Source: Eledone cirrhosa (taxonomy: Eukaryota). Taken from it: 64,000 bases of DNA. Positions 56,001-64,000 of the stretch are shown in pieces. Location: positions 111,228,001 through 111,292,000 of the forward strand of contig OZ024740.1 in assembly GCA_964016885.1 (NCBI GenBank). The letters run 5' to 3'. The position numbers and the translations under genes are program-made. The notes beneath the pieces are model-generated. The model worked only from the letters and a program-made list of their open reading frames with translations, was not told the origin of the DNA and searched no databases. Every line of letters begins with the position of its first letter. Position 1 is the first letter of the stretch.

Positions 56001-59000
56001 TACAACATGACTACCAAGAACCCGACAAACAATACCACAACTAACACCACCATTATGACTACCAATAACAAGACAAACAATATCACAACACCACCATGAC
56101 TACCAACAACTAGAAAAACAATACCACAACTAAAACCACCATTATGGCTACCAATAACAATACAAACAATATCACAACACCACCATGACTACCAACAACT
56201 AGAAAAACAATACCACAACTAAAACCACCATTATGACTACCAATAACAAGACAAACAATATCACAACTAACACTACCACTATGACTACTAACAACAAGAC
56301 AAACAATATCACAACTAACACCACCACCATAACTACTAACAACAAGACAAAGAATATCACAACTAACAAAACCACTATGATTACTAAAAACAAGACAAAA
56401 AATATCACAACTAACACCATGACTACTAACAACAAGAAAAACAATATCACAACGAACACCACCACTATGACTACTAACAACAAGACAAACAATATCACAA
56501 CTAACACCACCACTATGACTACTAACACCAAGACAAACAATATCACAACTAACACTACCATTATGTCTACTAACAACAAGACAAACAATATCACAACTAA
56601 CACCACCACTATGTCTACTAACAACAAGACAAACAATATCACAACTAACACCACCACTATGACTACTAACAACAAGACAAACAATATCACAATTAACTCC
56701 ACCACTATGACTACTAACAACAAGACAAACAATATCACAACTAATACCACCACTATGACTGCTAACAACAAGACACACAATATCACAACACCACCATGAC
56801 AACCAACAACAAGACAAACAATATCACAATTAACACCACCACTATGACTGATAACAAGACAAACAATATCACAACTAACACCACCATTATGACTACTAAC
56901 AAGACAAACAATATCACAACTAACACCACCACTATGACTACTAACAAGACAAACAATATCACAACTAACACCGCCACCATGACTACTAACAACAAGACAA
57001 ACAATATTACAATTAATACCACCACTATGACTACTAACAACAAGACAAACAATATCACAGCTAACACCATGACTACCAAGAACACGACAAACAATATCAC
57101 AACTAACACAACCACCATGACTACTAACAACAAGACAAAAAATATCACAACACCACCATGACTACCAACAACTAGCAAAACAATACCACAACCAACACCA
57201 CCATTATGACTACCAATAACAAGACAAACAATATCACAACACCACCATGACTACCAACAACTAGCAAAACAATACCAAAACTAACACCATCACTATGACT
57301 ACGAACAACAAGACAAACAATATCACAACTAACACCACCACTATGACTACTAACAACAAGACAAACAATATCACAACTAATACCACCACTATGACTACTA
57401 ACAACAAGAAAAACAATATCACAACTAACACCATCACTATGACTGCTAACAACAAGACAAACAATATCACAATTAACACCACCATTATGACTACCAATAA
57501 CAAGACAAACAATATCACAACACCACCATGACTACCAACAACTAGAAAAACAATATTACAACTAACACCACCACTATGACTACTAACAACAAGACAAACA
57601 ATGTCACAACACCACCATGACTACTAACAACAAGACAATCAATATCACAACTAACACCACCACCATGACCACTGACAACAAGACAAACAATATCACAACT
57701 AACACCACCACTATGACTACTAACAACAAGACAAACAATATCACAACTAACACCACCACCATAACTACTAACAACAAGACAAACAATATCAAAACTAACA
57801 CATTCACTATGACTACTAACAACAAGACAAACAATATCACAACTACCACCACCACCATGACTACTAATAACAAGACAAACAATATCACAACTAATACCAC
57901 GACTATGACTACTAACAACAAGACAAACAATATCACAACTAACACCATGACTACCAAGAACCCGACAAACAATACCACAACTAACACCACCATTATGACT
58001 ACCAATAACAAGACAAACAATATCACAACACCAGCAAGACTACCAACAACTAGAAAAACAATACCACAACTAAAACCACCATTATGGCTACCAAAAACAA
58101 TACAAACAATATCACAACACCACCATGACTACCAACAACTAGAAAAACAATACCAGAACTAAAACCACCATTATGACTACCAATAACAAGACAAACAATA
58201 TCACAACACCACCATGACTACTAACAACAAGAAAAACAATACCACAACTAACACCACCATTATGACTACCAATAACAAGATAAACAATATCACAACTAAC
58301 ACCACCACTATGACTACTAACAACAAGACAAACAATATCAAAACTAATACCACCACTATGACTACTAACAACAAGACAAACAATATCACAACTAACACTA
58401 CCACTATGACTACTAACAACAAGACAACCAATATCACAACTAACACCACCACCATAACTACTAACAACAAGACAAAGAATATCACAACTAACCAAACCAC
58501 TATGACTACTAACAAGAAGACAAAAAATATCACAACTGACACCATGACTACTAACAACAAGACAAACAATATCACAACGTACACCACCACTATGACTAAT
58601 AACAACAAGACAAACAATATCACAACTAACACCACCACTATGACTACTAACAACAAGACAAACAATATCACAACTAACACTACCACTATTTCTACTAACA
58701 ACAACACAAACAATATCACAATTAACTCCACCACTATGACTACAAACAACAAGACAAACAATATCACAACTAATACCACCACTATGACTACTAACAACAA
58801 TACACACAATATCACAACACCACCATGACAACCAACAACAAGACAAACAATATCACAACTAACACCACCACCATGACTACTAACAAGACAAACAATATCA
58901 CAACTAACACCACTACCATGACTACTAACAACAAGACAAACAATATCACAACTAATACCACCACTATGACTACTAACAACAAGACAAACAATATCACAGC

Positions 59001-62000
59001 TAAAACCATGACTACCAAGAACACGACAAACAATACCACAACTAACACCACCATTATGACTACCAATAACAAGACATACAATATCACAACACCACCATGA
59101 CTACCAACAACTAGAAAAACAATACCACAAGTAACACCACCATTATGACTACCAATAACAAGACAAACAATATCACAACACCACCATGACTACCAACAAC
59201 TAGCAAAACAATACCAAAACTAACACCACCATTATGACTACCAATAACAAGACAAACAATATAACAACACCACCATCACTACCAACAACTAGAAAAACAA
59301 TACCACAACTAATACCACCATTATTACTATCAATAACAAGACAAACAATATCACAACACCACCATGACTACCAACAACTAGAAAAACAATACCACAACTA
59401 ACACCACCATTATGACTAACAATAACAAGACAAACAATATCACAACACCACCATGACTACTAACAACACGACAAACAATATTACAACTAACACCACCACT
59501 ATGACTACTAACAACAAGACAAACAATGTCACAACACCACCATGACTACTAACAACAAGACAAACAATATCACAACTAACACCATCACTATGACTACTAA
59601 CAACAAGACAAACAATATCACAACTAACACCATCACTGTGACTACTAACAACTAGCCAAACAATATCACAACTAATACCACCACTATGACTACTAACAAC
59701 AAGACACACAATATCACAACACCACCATGACAACCAACAACAAGACAAACAATATCACAACTAACACTACCACTATGACTACTAACAAGACAAACAATAT
59801 CACAACTAACACCACTACCATGACTACTAACAACAAGACAAACAATATCACAACTAATACCACCAATATGACTACTAACAACAAGACAAACAATATCACA
59901 GCTAAAACCATGACTACCAAGAACACGACAAACAATACCACAACTAACACCACGATTATGACTACCAATAACAAGACATACAATATCACAACACCACCAT
60001 GACTACCAACAACTAGAAAAACAATACCACAACTAACACCACCATTATAACTACCAATAACAAGACAAACAATATCACAACACCACCATGATTACCAACA
60101 ACTAGCAAAACAATACCAAAACTAACACCACCATTATGACTACCAATAACAAGACAAACAATATAACAACACCACCATCACTACCAACAACTAGAAAAAC
60201 AATACCACAACTAATACCACCATTATTACTATCAATAACAAGACAAACAATATCACAACACCACCATGACTACCAACAACTAGAAAAACAATACCACAAC
60301 TAACACCACCATTATGACTAACAATAACAAGACAAACAATATCACAACACCACGATGACTACTAACAACACGAAAAACAATATTACAACTAACACCACCA
60401 CTATGACTACTCTACAACAAGAGAAACAATGTCACAACACCACTATGACTACTAACAACAAGAAAAACAATATCACAACTAACACCATCACTATGACTAC
60501 TAACAACAAGACAAACAATATCACAACTAACACCACCATTATGACTACCAATAACAAGACAAACAAGATCACAGCAACACCATGACTACCAACAACTAGA
60601 AAAACAATACCACAACTAACACCACCATTATGACTACCAATAAGAAGACAAACAATATCACAACACCACCATGACTACCAACAACTAGAAAAACAATACC
60701 ACAACTAACACCACCATTATGATAACCAATAACAAGACAAACAATATCACAACACCACTATGACTACTATCAACACGACAAACAATATTACAACTAACAC
60801 CACCACTATGACTACTAACAACAAGACAATCAATGTCACAACACCATCATGACTACTAACAACAAGACAAACAATATCACAACTAACACCATCACTATGA
60901 CTACGAACAACAAGACAAACAATATCACAACTAACACCATCACTATGACTACTAACAACTAGACAAACAATATCACAACTAATACCACCACTATGACTAC
61001 TAACAACAAGACAAACAATATCACAACTAACACCACCACTATGACTACTAACAACAAGACAAACAATATCACAACTAATACCACCACTATGACTAGTAAC
61101 AACAAGAAAAACAATATCACAACTAACACCATCACTATGACTACTAACAACAAGAAAAACAATATCACAATTAACACCACCATTATGACTACCAATAACA
61201 AGACAAACAAGATCACAGCACCACCATGACTACCAACAACTAGAAAAACAATACCACAACTAACACCACCATTATGACTACCAATAACAAGACAAACAAT
61301 ATCACAACACCACCATAACTACCAACAACTAGCAAAACAATACCACAACTAACACCACCATTATTACTACCAATAACAAGACAAACAATATCACAACACC
61401 ACCATGACTACCAACAACTAGAAAAACAATACCACAACTAACACCATCATTATGACTACCAATAACAAGACAAACAATATCACAACACCACCATGACTAC
61501 TAACAACACGACAAACATTATTACATCTAACACCACCACTATGACTACTAACAACAAGACAAACAATGTCACAACACCACCATGACTACTAACAACAAGA
61601 CAATCAATATCACAACTAACACCACCACCATGACCACTGACAACAAGACAAACAATATCACAACTAACACCACCACTATGACTACTAACAACAAGACAAA
61701 CAATATCACAACTAACACCACCACCATAACTACCAACAACAAGACAAACAATATCACAACTAACACATTCACTATGACTACTAACAACAAGACAAACAAT
61801 ATCACAACTACCACCACCACCATGACTACTAATAACAAGACAAACAATATCACAACTAATACCACGACTATGACTACTAACAACAAGACAAACAATATCA
61901 CAACTAACACCATGACTACCAAGAACCCGACAAACAATACCACAACTAACACCACAATTATGACTACCAATAACAAGACAAACAATATCACAACACCACC

Positions 62001-64000
62001 ATGACTACCAACAACTAGAAAAACAATACCAGAACTAAAACCACCATTATGGCTACCAATAACAAGACAAACAATATCACAACACCACCATGACTACTAA
62101 CAACAAGAAAAACAATACCACAACTAACACCACCATTCTGACTACCAATAACAAGACAAACAATATCACAACTAACACCACCACTATGACTACTAACAAC
62201 AAGACAAACAATATCAAAACTAATACCACCACTATGACTACTAACAACAAGAAAAACAATATCACAACTAACACTACCACTATGATTGCTAACAACAAGA
62301 CAACCAACATCACAACTAACACCACCACCATAACTACTAACAACAAGACAAAGAATATCACAACTAACCAAACCACTATGACTACTAACAAGAAGACAAA
62401 AAATATCACAACTAACACCATGACTACTAACAACAAGACAAACAATATCACAACGTACACCACCACTATGACTAATAACAACAAGACAAACAATATCACA
62501 ACTAACACCACAACTATGACTACTAACAACAAGACAAACAATATCACAACTAACACTACCACTATTTCTACTAACAACAAGACAAACAATATCACAACTA
62601 ACACCACCACTATGTCTACTAACAACAAGACAAACAATATCACAACTAACACCACCACTATGATTACTAACAACAAGACAAACAAGATCACAATTAACTC
62701 CACCACTATGACTACAAACAACAAGACAAACAATATCACAACTAATACCACCACTATGACTACTAACAACAATACACACAATATCACAACACCACCATGA
62801 CAACCAACAACAAGACAAACAATATCACAACTAACACCACCACTATGACTACTAACAAGACAAACAATATCACAACTAACACCACTACCATGACTACTAA
62901 CAACAAGACAAACAATATCACAATTAATACCACCACTATGACTACTAACAACAAGACAAACAATATCACAGCTAAAACCATGACTACCAAGAACACGACA
63001 AACAATACCACAACTATCACGACCATTATGACTACCAATAACAAGACATACAATATCACAACAGCACCATGACTACCAACAACTAGAAAAACAATACCAC
63101 AACTAACACCACCATTATAACTACCAATAACAAGACAAACAATATCACAACACCACCATGACTACCAACAACTAGCAAAACAATACCAAAACTAACACCA
63201 CCATTATGACTACCAGTAACAAGTCAAACAATATAACAACACCACCATCACTACCAACAACTAGAAAAACAATACCACAACTAATACCACCATTATTACT
63301 ATCAATAACAAGACAAACAATATCACAACACCACCATGACTACCAACAACTAGAAAAACAATACCACAACTAACACCACCATTATGACTAACAATAACAA
63401 GACAAACAATATCACACACCACCATGACTACTAACAACACGACAAACAATATTACAACTAACACCACCACTATGACTACTAACAACAAGACAAACAATGT
63501 CACAACACCACCATGACTACTAACAACAAGACAAACAATATCACAACTAACACCATCACTATGACTACTAACAACAAGACAAACAATATCACAACTAACA
63601 CCATCACTGTGACTACTAACAACTAGCCAAACAATATCACAACTAATACCACCACTATGACTACTAACAACAATACACACAATATCACAACACCACCATG
63701 ACAACCAACAACAAGACAAACAATATCACAACTAACACCACCACTATGACTACTAACAAGACAAACAATATCACAACTAACACCACTACCATGACTACTA
63801 ACAACAAGACAAACAATATCACAACTAATACCACCACTATGACTACTAACAACAAGACAAACAATATCACAGCTAAAACCATGACTACCAAGAACACGAC
63901 AAACAATACCACAACTAACACCACCATTATGACTACCAATAACAAGACATACAATATCACAACACCGCCATGATTACCAACAACTAGAAAAACAATACCA
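35100..64000. repeat. >=29-kb satellite, 48-bp consensus ATGACTACTAACAACAAGACAAACAATATCACAACTAACACCACCACT with 45-, 42- and 41-bp variants; runs to window end
   Basis: Continuous tandem array; 48+41 = 89-bp dimers and kb-scale duplications visible. Confidence 0.97.

Noticed and set aside
35204-63973. Dozens of hydrophobic (VVILFVLL), Cys-rich (SCDIVCL) and Thr/Asn ORFs
   Set aside because: Translations of the satellite in different frames, broken by recurrent frameshift and stop monomers.
35100-64000. CRISPR-like regular periodicity
   Set aside because: No unique spacers, no cas genes, eukaryotic context.

Overview
Gene-free, AT-rich, repeat-saturated eukaryotic DNA. The SINE families and microsatellite density suggest an octopus/coleoid cephalopod; this is recognition from memory, not a search result. 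No host protein-coding gene is supportable. The first ~34 kb is a mosaic of (TA)n/(CA)n/(TCTA)n microsatellites carrying: tRNA-type SINE copies; four head-to-tail 5'-truncated L1/Tx1-clade LINE pieces inside a (TCTA)n tract, plus an older decayed copy; RTE-clade LINE fragments; a Penelope-like (Neptune-type) GIY-YIG fragment; several long hairpins; and three long triplet-based arrays. From ~35.1 kb to the window end is a 48-bp satellite with higher-order duplications. The most notable signal is a set of hammerhead ribozymes in (TA)n-associated non-coding segments. A structured 316-321-bp tandem unit occurs at two loci (7.1-7.6 kb, 31.0-31.5 kb) and carries a type I hammerhead with a compensatory U3-A8 core (UUGAUAA) and covarying stems, a candidate retrozyme/circRNA family. 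Two minimal Penelope-type hammerheads with canonical cores lie at 8.7 kb and 29.5 kb. All coordinates and folds were read by eye.
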